Of a stretch of DNA of 64,000 bases, positions 12,866 to 24,560 are shown piece by piece. Both the position numbers and the translations under genes were made by a program. Below the pieces are notes generated by a model. That model was not told the DNA's origin, made no database searches, and was given only the letters and a program-made list of their open reading frames with translations. The DNA comes from Podarcis liolepis (taxonomy: Eukaryota): the NCBI GenBank assembly GCA_965112155.1, contig OZ218106.1; one strand, written 5' to 3'. Numbering within the stretch: position 1 is the first letter of the stretch; every line of letters begins with the position of its first letter.

Positions 12866-14937
12866 TGGACTCTTGAAACATGGAAGGTCACAGAATCTTC
12901 ATCCCTGATCTATTGTATTCCATTGCATGTATTCTTCCTTTGGTCTTAAATGAATTATTTTCTCAGATGGTTTTTTAACAAGTTGTGTCCTTAGACAAGG
13001 TGTGTTATACAGAGAATGTGTGTGGCAGCCACTGTATGCCACAACATGAAATACCTTGTGATTGTTTTATTCGCATTTCCACATGTAAATTCCTAGATTC
13101 CAGCAGGCATTTTATCTCCATGCTTTCCTATGTTTATTGACAAGAAAGGTAATTAAAAATGAAGAGGTAGCTTCTGTTCTCATCACATTTTAATGCTATC
13201 TCTGGTTTTTTACACAGGAATTTGAAAGATCTATGTTATAAAGTTTTATGATTTACAAGCAGAAAAAAATGGAGTACTATTCCAAATGGGTTTGGTAAAT
13301 TCTGAATTCCTATGGAAAGGAATGGTCAGTGGATTGCCAGTGCCTTGTAATATAGGTGCAATCTGCTTTCTGGATTATATAGAGACATTATTTTCTGTAT
13401 ACTAAAGAAAGGGTATGCTTTTATTTCATAACGAATACAAAATGAACTGAATGGAGTTCAATTTTCATTTGTCACAAAATTAAAACCAAGATTATGAATA
13501 GGATTCATTTCTCTCTCTCTCTCTCATAATGCCTTTGTATCCATTCACTACTCCACATATGTGAATGGGATTACCATATCTATGATCTTCTTGCCTGCCG
13601 CCATTCAGTTGCCATTTTCTTTTTCCAGAATGCTTTTTGTGTAACATTCTGGGACATTTGGGAAGGTGGAAGGAAAATGACATTGGTTCCCCCCAAAATG
13701 GTGGCTGCCAGACAGTCAGCTATTCTTTTTGTGGCAGCTACCAGTTTTTGCCCAAAAATAATGCAATAGGTAGAGCATTCTGGGAAAATAATATGGTGGC
13801 TTTCAGGAGGCAGCTGCAGAGGTGTGTTCCAGTGTTGTGAACTACCACAAGCAGCAGCAAAACCAAAAGTTTAGCAGAAAAAACGGACACAAAAATGAAT
13901 GCAAGCAATGAAACAAATGGTTCATTTTCCTCCCTTGCCAGTACTGAGCCTGACTAGGGGAATTCTCTTCATTACTAATAATAGCACTAAAAATGCACCA
14001 TACATTTATAAATGATCATTAGAAACAGACTATGCAAACTGGATGACCAAATTGTTGTGAAGTGTTCTGAATTTATAAAGCTCAATACATGACTTTTAGA
14101 TTTCTGAATTTAAGAGAGAGAATGTAATCCTTATCAGAAATGCTATAATTATGTGGCTACAAGATTTGGGAGTGAAACTCAACCACAGAGCTGAGCCCAT
14201 GTTTCTAGTTTACACTGCAAATTGCCCAGCTGACAAAAGCTAAAACGAAGTAAACACATGCAACATTGCAGTCCTTTAGCAAAAAGGAGAAGATGAACTA
14301 CAGAATAGAAATAGAGTGAAACAGGTGTTTATGGGAGAAAATAATAGCTATTAAAGCTAGCTCTTCCTACCACGTCTCATTAAACCAATCAATGTCTGTG
14401 CAGGCACTAAGACTCTCCATATATATGGTCATTATTTGCAAGCATGTGAGAGTTGTTTTTTCTGTATTGGATTTCATGCAAAAGCAGAAAATCACAATAA
14501 TATAAGTATAGCCCTTCTAGATTAGAATAAGAATTCTCCTTCAGTGGAGATGTCATGGTTCCACCAATAGTCAATGGGATAGGTTGTCATTTTTCAATTT
14601 TTTTGGACAACATTATCTGGTATTTAAAAGTGTACTGGCTCTAAACATGGATACTCCATTAAGCTACTGATTGATATAGACAAATGCATAGAAGATATAC
14701 CTACCATTAAATCTACCAAGTGATGGAGTGTGAATTGGAGTATTTTATTTGTCCCTTTGAAAAATTGTGGTCTAATGCTACATTACAGAAGGGGTATAAA
14801 AGATTAGCATTCAAGTGGAATGAGATAAGTGAAGGCTGATAATGGTCCTGTACAATGTAAAAGTGCCAATGCAATGATAGTAATCTCAGGAAAAGAAAGA
14901 AATGGCCAAAGATTAGAAAAGCTTCTGAAATTCTTCT

Positions 14938-15205
14938 TCATCATCATGATCATCATGATCATCATGATCATCATCAAATTTCTATACCTCCCTTCATCCA
15001 AAGATCAAGGATGGTTTACAATATAAAAACACAAAAATACAAACATAATAGCAAACAAAAACATTAACTCCCTTCCCCCCAGTTTAAAAGGCCATATATT
15101 GTTTAATTAGCCAAAGGCCTGGGAGAAGAGGAATGTTTTTTTTCCAGATGCCTAAATATATCTAAAGAAGGCAGCCAGTGAGCCTCACTGGGGAGAACTT
15201 TCCAT
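14938..15205 (-). mobile_element. L2 LINE 3' fragment with (ATCATCATG)n tail
   Basis: ccaaaggcctgggagaagaggaatgtttt...gcctcactggggagaactttcca resembles reverse-complemented L2 ORF2 C-terminus; simple-repeat tail at 14938-14976. Confidence 0.6.
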
Positions 15206-16059
15206 GCCTGGAATGCCAAGATCTGAATTCCTTTGTCTTCTACTTTCTTTAGTAAAAGGAAATGTTGCAAGCCCTCAATTGTTCAAATTATATACCTCTG
15301 AATTCTGTAGAGTGATGCTCATGTATAGTTTGGCTCAGCTTTCAGTATATTCATGCCTTTCCCTCCATCCCACAATATCAAAGTGAATTTGCACTTTGAT
15401 AATACACTGAAAAAATGAGTACTGATGTGATAACTGGTTGCACCAAGGTTCTTTTTGTGTAGTATTTTACTAATAAATAAACTGTTTGTGGCAAAATGAG
15501 GCAAAAGCAACATGCATGCACTCAAGATGTGGTCAAGAACTTGAAACAGCCTGGAAGAAGAATGAGCCCAAGAGAATATGGCACAGCTCCAATCCAAAAG
15601 TACCAGAAATTATCCACATATGTTTCAGGAAGTTTCAAAGAAAGCTAGAAGATTGTTGTCGTGGAGGACATCCAAGGTGTTTAGCTTTGTTAGCATTCTG
15701 AAAAACAGCATAACAGTGCTACTCTTTTGAAAGCTATTTGGGAGAAACAAGCCTTAGTAACCATAGACAAGGATAATTAGTTTGCTTTTATTAGAATAAT
15801 TGAATTAATGAATAAACTTGAGTATTTATTTTGCTTTGTATTCAAGAAATTAAGCAGTCTTCTACCTCCCGTTGATTAGAAATTAGATCTCAATTGGCAG
15901 CATGTGCATGTATTTCTGATAAAAATATTAATAAGAGATTAGACACCTATTGACTTCCATGTCAACAGATGAACTCAAGATTCTACCTTTCATGTTGCTT
16001 GGCACAACATGGCAAAACCCACCTGATGCTTGCAACACATTCACATAGCTTTCTTTGAA

Positions 16060-16135
16060 CGTGTTCCCTACATTGGCAGGGGGTTGGACTAAATTATCTT
16101 TGATGTCTCTTCCAATTGATACTATCATTCTATTT
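16060..16135 (+). mobile_element. CR1 LINE 3' end fragment
   Basis: ttccctacattggcagggggttggactaaa...ttccaa...attctatt. Confidence 0.6.
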
Positions 16136-18294
16136 TCTCTCCTCCTAGTGCTCTCTAGATGCCCCTGAGGACCCATCCACGTAGATAATTTATTCTATAA
16201 ACTAGCTCTCTATTAATACAACCACCATTCTTGGGTGGGCTATTTCTATGATTGCAGCTACAATAAAAGAAATTGCTGCCAAAAAGCAGCAGCTTTATGG
16301 TTCTTACAATACATTCTCTGCATGAATGAATAAATCTCCAGGGATCGTCTGAGAACAATGCATCATGAGAGAATTGTAAATTGCATAAGCTGGACTTTTG
16401 AGAATGACTGGAGTGATGGCTGTGTTACCTTTGTATGCAATCTGAACTTAAGGAAAACCTGACATAGCACCAGGGAAAGATGGGGATCTCTGATGGTGCT
16501 TAAAAGTTCATACCACTTGGGGCTGGGATCCACAAATAACATAGTGCATACTTCTATTAAGGCATCTCATAAACTAGTTCAATAGGACTGTGTTAACATA
16601 AATGTGATATGCCAGTTTTGGTACACAGTGGCTAACCATTTAAACCTGCACATCTACTCAAATGTAAGCCACATTGAGTTCCACAGGGCTTAGTTCTGAG
16701 TAGATGTGTGTAGAGTTGCACTGTACTAGTATGAGCAGAGGGATATGGAGAACCTGTGCCACGGCAAGCATAGTAGGAACTCAGTTGTGGGCCAAGACCC
16801 TGTGACCCCCCACAGTTCCCTAAGGAGTGAATAACCAGACAAGACAACAGCATATAGTTTATGGGTTCAAATAGGCCACAATATTTATTGGGTCCCCATT
16901 GCACACCCATTGTGGGGAGTGCTATGGCCCTAGCCCCCACCTGGGCACCAGACAGAAGCTACTCCTCCCAGATCCCTTTAACAAGATGCCCTTAACCAAG
17001 GAGGGGCAAGCAGAGGCTACAACCTCCCCTGCAGCCAAGACAAAGTCCTACCCAATGCCTAACTGCCTGCCATTGAAGAAGAGCGGACATCCCATCAGCT
17101 CTATTCAACATGGCTTATGCTCAGGAGTGACGGGCGCTATAGTCCAACAACATCTGGATGGCCACAGGTTCCTCATCCTTAGTGTAAGTCTCACATCAGC
17201 CTTAAACTCATCTGAAGGCCTTAGGTAAACCATATCCTCTCACCTCTCTGTAACACGTGAATCATAATGTTTGCCTTTTTTTATAATGTCCCTTTCATCA
17301 TTACCTGCAACAATGCCTAGAAATCAATACATAGATATTAAGTACAATAGCCCAAGCCAGTTATTTTTGTTTCGTTTTTTGTTGCAAACAAATGCACATG
17401 TTGCTCATTAAATAATCAGATGAAAGCAGATTCTGATGCTCCTTCATCTCAATGCATCACATGCGTTTGCGAGCAACTAAGCTACCGAAGCTAAGCAATA
17501 GCTGGAATCACTAATTAGTTCACATGCAAAATTCTACAGTAGCAAACAGTCCTTTATCCCTGGGTGAATAGTCAAATAGAAGTACTCTATTTCTGATCAC
17601 TCAATCCTTTCTTCCCCTTCAAAAAGAAATCTTTACGCCTTCCAAAAAATGGCCTAGAACTATAATTCCTAGCTCTGCTGGATATCAAAATCCATCAACT
17701 TAACAGCGATAACTAGCTTTATATCTTCCTACAATAGTTTAACACCCTCAGACATTAACCCCTCAGTTGTCTGGGAGCTGTTAGCCCCACTTCTTTAGAA
17801 CAGCTTCATGCATTGCTTAGAAGCATTAAGAAACAGCCCCATTGCCAGATACAGATTAAATGCATCGTGCTGCGAAGGGAGAAGTGCAGGTTCCCTTTGT
17901 GCACTACACTGGCAGCACAGAGTGTGTTGCCTTGTCTTTGTAATATGTGATGCTTTGCTTGCAGATAGAGCGATGGGTATGACATTAAAGCCTGACCCCC
18001 AAAGTCCCTGCTTCAGTCTCACCTTTGTCATGAACTCACTTTAGGGAAACTTCTGTCAGCTTCAGCCTCTTCATCTGCAATGCAGGGATAACACCACTGA
18101 CCTGCCTTTGGTTATAAGGATTACTGAGATTATGTACGTAAAGAGGGATACCTGATATTAAAACTACAGGAAGTTTCAAAGTCATGTTTTCCTCTTTAAT
18201 TGTATATCTGCTGCTGCTGAAGTGTTACTGGGGATGCTTTCAAAATTCTTCTTGTCTAGATTCCTCCCAAGATTATGGAGTTATTAGTTCTGTG

Positions 18295-18329
<35 letters not shown>
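18295..18329. repeat. (GATA)n microsatellite
   Basis: Directly visible. Confidence 0.95.
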
Positions 18330-18883
18330 GACCACAGAATTAATAATACCAGTGTATTAAGAATTCTCCATTGTTCCATTTTTGTTTTTGTACAGGGCAC
18401 TGTAGATATATGGTTTTGCTGCATCCTTCATTTGTGGCTTTTCATCCTCTAATATGTTACTCTGGTGCAAGCATGCTCCACCACCACTCTGATGTTGTAC
18501 CCTCCCCAGTTTCCCAAATGGAAGTCTGGACAGTGGGGGGAAGGGGGGCTGAGGCAAGAGGATCCAGCAAACCAAGAGGTTGTTAGATTCCAAATTCTAT
18601 CCATCCCAGCTAGCAAGGCCAATGGTCAAGGGTGAGGGTAGTTATAGCCCAGCAATACCTGGAGGGCTCTAGGTTCCCCATTCCTGGTCTACTAGATTCT
18701 ACTGATAATAGTCAGATGAACAGAAGCATCCATTGCTATTGCAGGACCAGTGAGGTGAAGTTCTCAGAGTGTCCAAACCCAACACATGCAATATCCATTC
18801 TTCAGTTTTGAATATTTATACACTTAAGTTTATCTAAGGCCCACTCCAGGCTCAAAGCTGGGGGCTATAGAAGGAAGAAGTAC

Positions 18884-19025
18884 CTGCGTTGCTCCTCCTT
18901 TCTGGATTCAGAGATATGGGGTGGAATTGAGGACGATTCTTTTCCATCCTGTTGAAGTCAGATAGCAATGGTGCACACCCCGTCTCTTTCTGGTGTTTAG
19001 TCGGTGTGAGGAATACTTGGTGTCG
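18884..19025 (-). other. Candidate exon of unidentified gene
   Basis: Preceded on the minus strand by ~280 nt pyrimidine-rich sequence ending ttcatcag; possible donor gcag|gtactt; retains CpGs; one frame is open across it (RHQVFLTPTKHQKETGCAPLLSDFNRMEKNRPQFHPISLNPERRSNA). Confidence 0.35.
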
Positions 19026-20021
19026 CTGATGAATTGCATGAAGAGGAATAGAATGGGTGGACAGATGAGAGCATGCAGCACACAACCACACAGAGAAACT
19101 GTAGAAAGAAAAGGAGTGAAGTGGGCAATGGAAGTACAGAGAGAAAAGAGTAGGTAATGGGGTAATAATAGGAAAGGGGTAACATGGAGGTATAGAGACA
19201 GCTGTGGTGTGAAAAAAATGGGATAGTTGAGAGACACGGTGAGATAGGGAGGTGCCGCTGAGGGTGCTGTTGGTTGGAGAACAGAAAAGAGGGGTGCAGA
19301 TATGTGGTCACACACACATACAAAGCACTTGAAGTTGCGAAGAGAAGTGTATTAACAAAGTATGGGTTAAATACCACAACACTGAGGTAAAATTGTAATA
19401 AAAAAGTTTTCTCCATTGTTAAAAATGTAGCCTCCTTGAATCGTTAACTCAGCAGATGAGCACTGAAGTTTAGTCCTATATATTAGCAACAATATGTAAC
19501 AGCTCAAAACACTGATACTTAAATAAGATCAATAGCAGTCTAGATAGCTGTCTGGATAATGGAATCCACAGTGGAAGATCATAGATACAGAAGAGGAAAT
19601 TTGCAAGTGAACACATAATAACTGCGCTATCCAGCAAATAGCTGGAATTGAAGGCGGACATTTGCTCATTAAATAATAATCACCAAGTCTGAGACTGAGC
19701 CACAACACTTAAATGAGAGGACAAATAGGAGTCAGAGGAGTAGTGTGTAGAGCTGGGAGTGAGAAACCATGAAAAATTTAAAACTTGGTAAAATCCCCAA
19801 TAACTATAAGAAAAAACCCTTTATTTGTTTGCATATTAGATTATGTTGTGTTCTCTGTCTCAGAATAATTGTATTTTTCCCTTTTGCCTGAATGCTTTAA
19901 ACTATTAATGCTGATTTTTCTTATTCAATTTATAACAATCAATGCTTCAAGCATGTCACAAAGCCACTTAATTGGAATGACACCATTTCCAAAGATTTGT
20001 CATCAATCACAATTTAAGGTA

Positions 20022-20154
20022 NNNNNNNNNNNNNNNNNNNNNNNNNNNNNNNNNNNNNNNNNNNNNNNNNNNNNNNNNNNNNNNNNNNNNNNNNNNNNNN
20101 NNNNNNNNNNNNNNNNNNNNNNNNNNNNNNNNNNNNNNNNNNNNNNNNNNNNNN
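20022..20154. other. Assembly gap (133 N)
   Basis: Run of N. Confidence 1.
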
Positions 20155-20936
20155 ATGTAGCACAATTAAATAATTTCTGACTTTTAATTTTGGAATTTAT
20201 TAATTTAAATGTAGAAACTACTCTAAGTCAGAAAAATAAAACAAACAAAAAACACGAAAGATAAAATTTGGATTATAAGATACTTTGAAAATATGCTTGT
20301 TCCGAAAAGATCTTGCTTATTTTATTACATTATTTATTACATAATGCTAGTTAAAATATAAAATTCTTCCATGGCCCCAAAGGGTTTCTTTGGTTAACCT
20401 TGAGAAAGAAGCGACTCCTTATTTTAGGCAATATAATTTTGGATTCCCACCAAAATTCTGAAATTTGAAATGGAACAAGGTGAGACCTCTGTTGCAATTT
20501 TGCAGAATCTGTAGAAATGTTGATGGAAAATAAAAGGATTTCAATTTGATGTGCTAGAGTTTTCAAGACAAGAACTGGCTGTCCTTCAAAACAGTAGGAA
20601 GCTACAAGGAAATAGAAAAAGTTGTGCTGGGAAAATATGTCAACACAACTACCACTACAAACTCACATATCCCTTATATTTCTAAAGGTGTGGGATGCTG
20701 TACAACAGTACACCAGAGAGAGTCGACAAGGGCCATGGAGAGCTTTCCAGGAACACTTAACAGTGGTGAAGGTACCATTTGCAGTGGTTGAGCACTCGGA
20801 ACCACATTCAGTCTTCCCTGGAATTTCCTACCAAAATGTTGAATTTTCATGAGGACCTTTTTATTTAGAGAGAAAGAGAGAGAGAGAGAGAAATTGAAAA
20901 TGTGGATAATGAATTAAATATTGGAAAAGTGAAAAA

Positions 20937-21003
20937 TCAAAATTGACAGATTTGCCCAACCCTACCCCCATTTATGTTTCCCCTCAACAGGTAAAAGAAC
21001 ACA

Positions 21004-21059
<56 letters not shown>

Positions 21060-21555
21060 CCCCACGCACATAGAGATCTGGTTAAAACGTGGATCCAAAA
21101 AAATTAAAATAGATCTTTTGGATTTACATGGTTTTACATGGATCCTGTCCCCACAAGTCAATATCAAATTAAAGCTTATATTGGTGCACTGTGAAGTAGA
21201 GATCCAGAGTGTCAGGGAACTGACATCAGAGCAGAGGGGGGAGGCGAGGCTTCCAGACTCTGCAGGAGAGGGAACGAGTAAGGGTAGAGAGAGAACGTCA
21301 TCTCGGGAAGAAAGTCCAGGTGACACCAGGAAGAAGGGAGAGGGAGAGAGCATCTCGGAGGTGAGGCTCCGAGACTCTAGCAGTGAAGTCAGTGAAGAGG
21401 GTGGAGGACCACCACTGGGCACGCCCACTCTGCGCAGGAGGCTTCTGCGCAGAGAGGCGAGGCGAAGGTTGTCCGTTAAGGAATTCTTATGCTGGAGGAA
21501 ATTTAGGAGACGCCCACTCACGGATTCGTCGAGCGACTGAGCAGCAGCACCCAAG
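20937..21555 (-). other. CpG-rich candidate exon with the longest ORF in the window (205 aa, no ATG start)
   Basis: Acceptor-like tgtgtctttccctgactgagcag|, more than a dozen CpGs in 21340-21590, internal donor-like cc|gtgagt; not TE-like; product unrecognised. Confidence 0.4.
21008..21059. repeat. (CT)n microsatellite, with a (GA)n tract at 20869-20892
   Basis: Directly visible. Confidence 0.95.
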
Positions 21556-22599
21556 CTGCTCAGTCAGGGAAAGACACAACCGCCCCTAAGCAGTTTGGAA
21601 CAGCTAGAGGTTTACACACAAGCAACCCCAATTCCAGTGACACAGAGCTTGCAAGCACCTCAAAAACATTGACCCCAGGTACAGTTCCTCATGGATCTTT
21701 ATGATTTTCACACATGATGACAACGAAAATACTAAGCAGATACCGTACAAAACATTACCCAAACCACTTGACATTATCCAAACTGTCTTGAGGGTAAGCT
21801 AAGAAGGATTTAGCCCTGTGTCCTTTGGAAGTTTCACTTCTGAATTCAGAATGGAAATTATTCCATTCTGCCCCAGTGCTCTTGAAGGTATGCATCTCAC
21901 TGCTCTTGTGAAAAATGAAATCAACTTCAGATTGCATCAACAACCCAAGGAGGAGCAAACCCTGGAGCAATGCAAATGGGCTGAACAGCTGGTAAGTGCT
22001 TTATTACAACAACTAAAAGCCGTGGCATAGCTTTCTTTTCTCTGAAAGACTAGTATTTAAAGTACTGCAGGGAACATCTTAGAAATGCTTCATAGAAAAT
22101 ATTGTTATGCTGAAGTTCTCATTACTACCTGTGAGGGCTGCTTTGATTTGGCTCTGCCAAAGTACTGTAGAATGCGATCATATTGGGTTTTTTGTAACAA
22201 ATTATCTCTATCCAGCCAATTAGAATGAGAGAAACAATATAGCCAGAGCATTAAAAAATAAATAAATAGCTGACTGGCTAATTTAGGCCCATTACATAAT
22301 TCCCCTTTTATTCTACCACAATGGCCCCCTGTAGCTAACATGTCTCTAGCATGTTAGTCTGCTGCATTAAATATCCTGAAGCCCCTTTTGGACCCCCAAT
22401 AGCTCTTTTTTTCCAGTTGCACCTGCAAAATGACCCTATCATCTGGAGATGAGTTGCAAACTACCATGTTCTACTCCTTAAGTACTTTTTGTTGCCTGTG
22501 AACATAGGAGTAGGAGAATACTGTGATTACAAAATGCCAACACAGGTCTCTTAAGAACTACCCACACCAGACTAACTGTACCTCCTTTCCTGATCAATT

Positions 22600-24190
22600 T
22601 AAAAACTTATCAGGAGAATATTATGGACCTAGTTTATCTTGATTTCAGCAAGGCTTTTGACAAGGTCCCTGTGATATTTTTTGCTGGGTAGCTGATAAAA
22701 TGTTGATAGATCATATCCAACAATGATAATGAACAGCTCCTCACCAGTAAGAGAAGTGACTAGCGGTGTGGTCCTGATGTTGTTTAACATCTTTATAAAT
22801 TGTTTGGAAGAAGAAGCCGAGGGGATGCTCATGAAACATGGTTATGACACCAAACAAAGTATGGAAGCTAATACCTTAGAGGACAGAAAGAAGATTCAAG
22901 ATGATATTGGAAGATGGATTACTAGTAGCCAAAACTAACAACGACAACAAATAATTTCAACAGAGATTAATGTAAAGTTGAGCATGTAGATAGGAAGAGT
23001 CAGATGCAAGAGTCAGAGTCAGATAGGCATAGCTGTCAAGTGTCCCTTATTTGAAGGGACAGTCCCTTATTCCAGCACCATGTCCCACTGCTGTCCCTTA
23101 TTGATGGATGTCCCTTAAATGTCCCTTAAATGATATCCCTTAAATTTCAAAGGAAGCAGCTCCTCTCCCTCCCTCCCTGCCGGCCAGGGAGGAGGGAGGC
23201 TCCATCTGTGTTGCTTTGCTGTGTTGCTCACCCAATAAGAAGTCTAAGAATGACTGGGGGGTGGAGCTTGCATGCCTTGTGTGTGGCTAGTTAATGCAAG
23301 CAGAGGGGTTTTTTGAATGCTGGACGCCATTTTGTTGCACGTGCTGTTGCAAACTTTGCAGTGCAAAGCCAGGCCGGGGAGCCATCTTAAGTTGAGGCTG
23401 CATAGGCCTTGTGGTGCATGTGATTCAGATTCTATTCAGTTGAACCTCTGGTTACAAAGTTGGTTGGACAGTGTTCTCGAAGCTACCAGCATGAGTTTGA
23501 CCAGACTGCAGGAGGACAGGAAGACTGGAGTGCCTGGAACAGGTGAGGCTGCAGTTCCCTTATTTTCAAGGCTGCTGGTCCCTTATTTTCAAATCTGTAA
23601 GTTGACAGCTATGGTCAGATAGGGGACATCTAGCCTGGCAACAATACATGTAAAAAAAACCTGATTTGGGGATTTTAGCAGGCCACAAGCTCAACAAGAG
23701 TCAGCAGTGTGATGTGGCAGCAAATGGGAAGGGGGAGGCAAAAGCAATTCTAGCTGCATCAACAGAAGTATTGTCTCCAGGCCATGAGAAATTATGGTAG
23801 TACTTTATGCTGCTTTGGTCACCTGCAGTGCTGCAGATTCTGAGAATCACAGCTTAAGAACGATAACAGTGAACTGGAATGCAGTGCCAAACATGGTGAG
23901 GAGCCTGGAAACTGATAAACAAAAGTTATAAGAGCTGGATATGTTTAGCCTTGAGAAGAGCTCTCTTCAAATATTTTAAGGGCTATCACATAGATGATGG
24001 AGCAACATTCTGTTGCTTCAAAAGCAGGACCCAAACCAACTTGTTCAAGTGATAAAAAGAACTTAAGGCTGAACATTAGGAAGAACTTCCAGATGGTATG
24101 AGCTGTCTGACAGTGGAACAAATTGCCTCAGAAGGTGGTAGACTCTCTATCATGAGAGGTTTTTAAGCAGAGGCTGAATAACCACCGAAA
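22600..24190 (+). mobile_element. Degraded CR1 LINE ORF2/3' portion, interrupted at 23028-23613
   Basis: RT motifs YLDFSKAFDKVP, VTSGV, LFNIFIN; CR1-typical ccacaagctcaac..gagtcagcagtgtgatgtggcagc and gctgaacattaggaagaacttcc...gaggtttttaagcagaggctg. Confidence 0.9.
23028..23613. mobile_element. Non-autonomous TIR DNA element (586 bp) with 10-bp TSD and internal BovB fragment
   Basis: TIRs CATAGCTGTCAA...TTGACAGCTATG; flanks gtcagatagg on both sides (23018-23027, 23614-23623); reiterated gtccctta motifs near both ends. Confidence 0.85.
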
Positions 24191-24275
24191 CTGGAGTGTG
24201 AGTCAAAGCAGACAGACCACAGAGTCTCAGAACAGTTAAAGCTGCTTCATGAGGTGACTACTACAACTATAAACA

Positions 24276-24560
24276 CAGGGGAGATTGGTCCATTAGGGCA
24301 AGTGTGGCACTATCCCACCAGCCACCATTTGCCCTCAGCCAACCTACATTTGCCATCTTGCTTACCAGCAGTTCAGGATGTGGCCCTGGCTGTCAGCTTC
24401 CTTCTCCTTGGCTGCAGTTTTGCCCTCACAGAACTCAGCAGAAGGATTGGGGGGAAATTAGAATTAGTTGGCTCCAATGATCATTGCTCTGTCTCTGCCT
24501 GTTACTTGCTCTAGTGCCACCTACCATTAGCCTCCTTGTCTTCCACACCAGCCACCACTG
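24276..24560. mobile_element. Probable old hAT-type MITE
   Basis: Ends cagggg.g.ttggt...accagccaccactg are roughly inverted; TSD degraded. Confidence 0.4.

Noticed and set aside
19869-20180. 103-aa ORF
   Set aside because: Artefact of reading through the N gap.
21118-21540. 140-aa plus-strand ORF as a standalone gene
   Set aside because: Non-ATG start and no domain; may simply be the antisense shadow of the minus frame.
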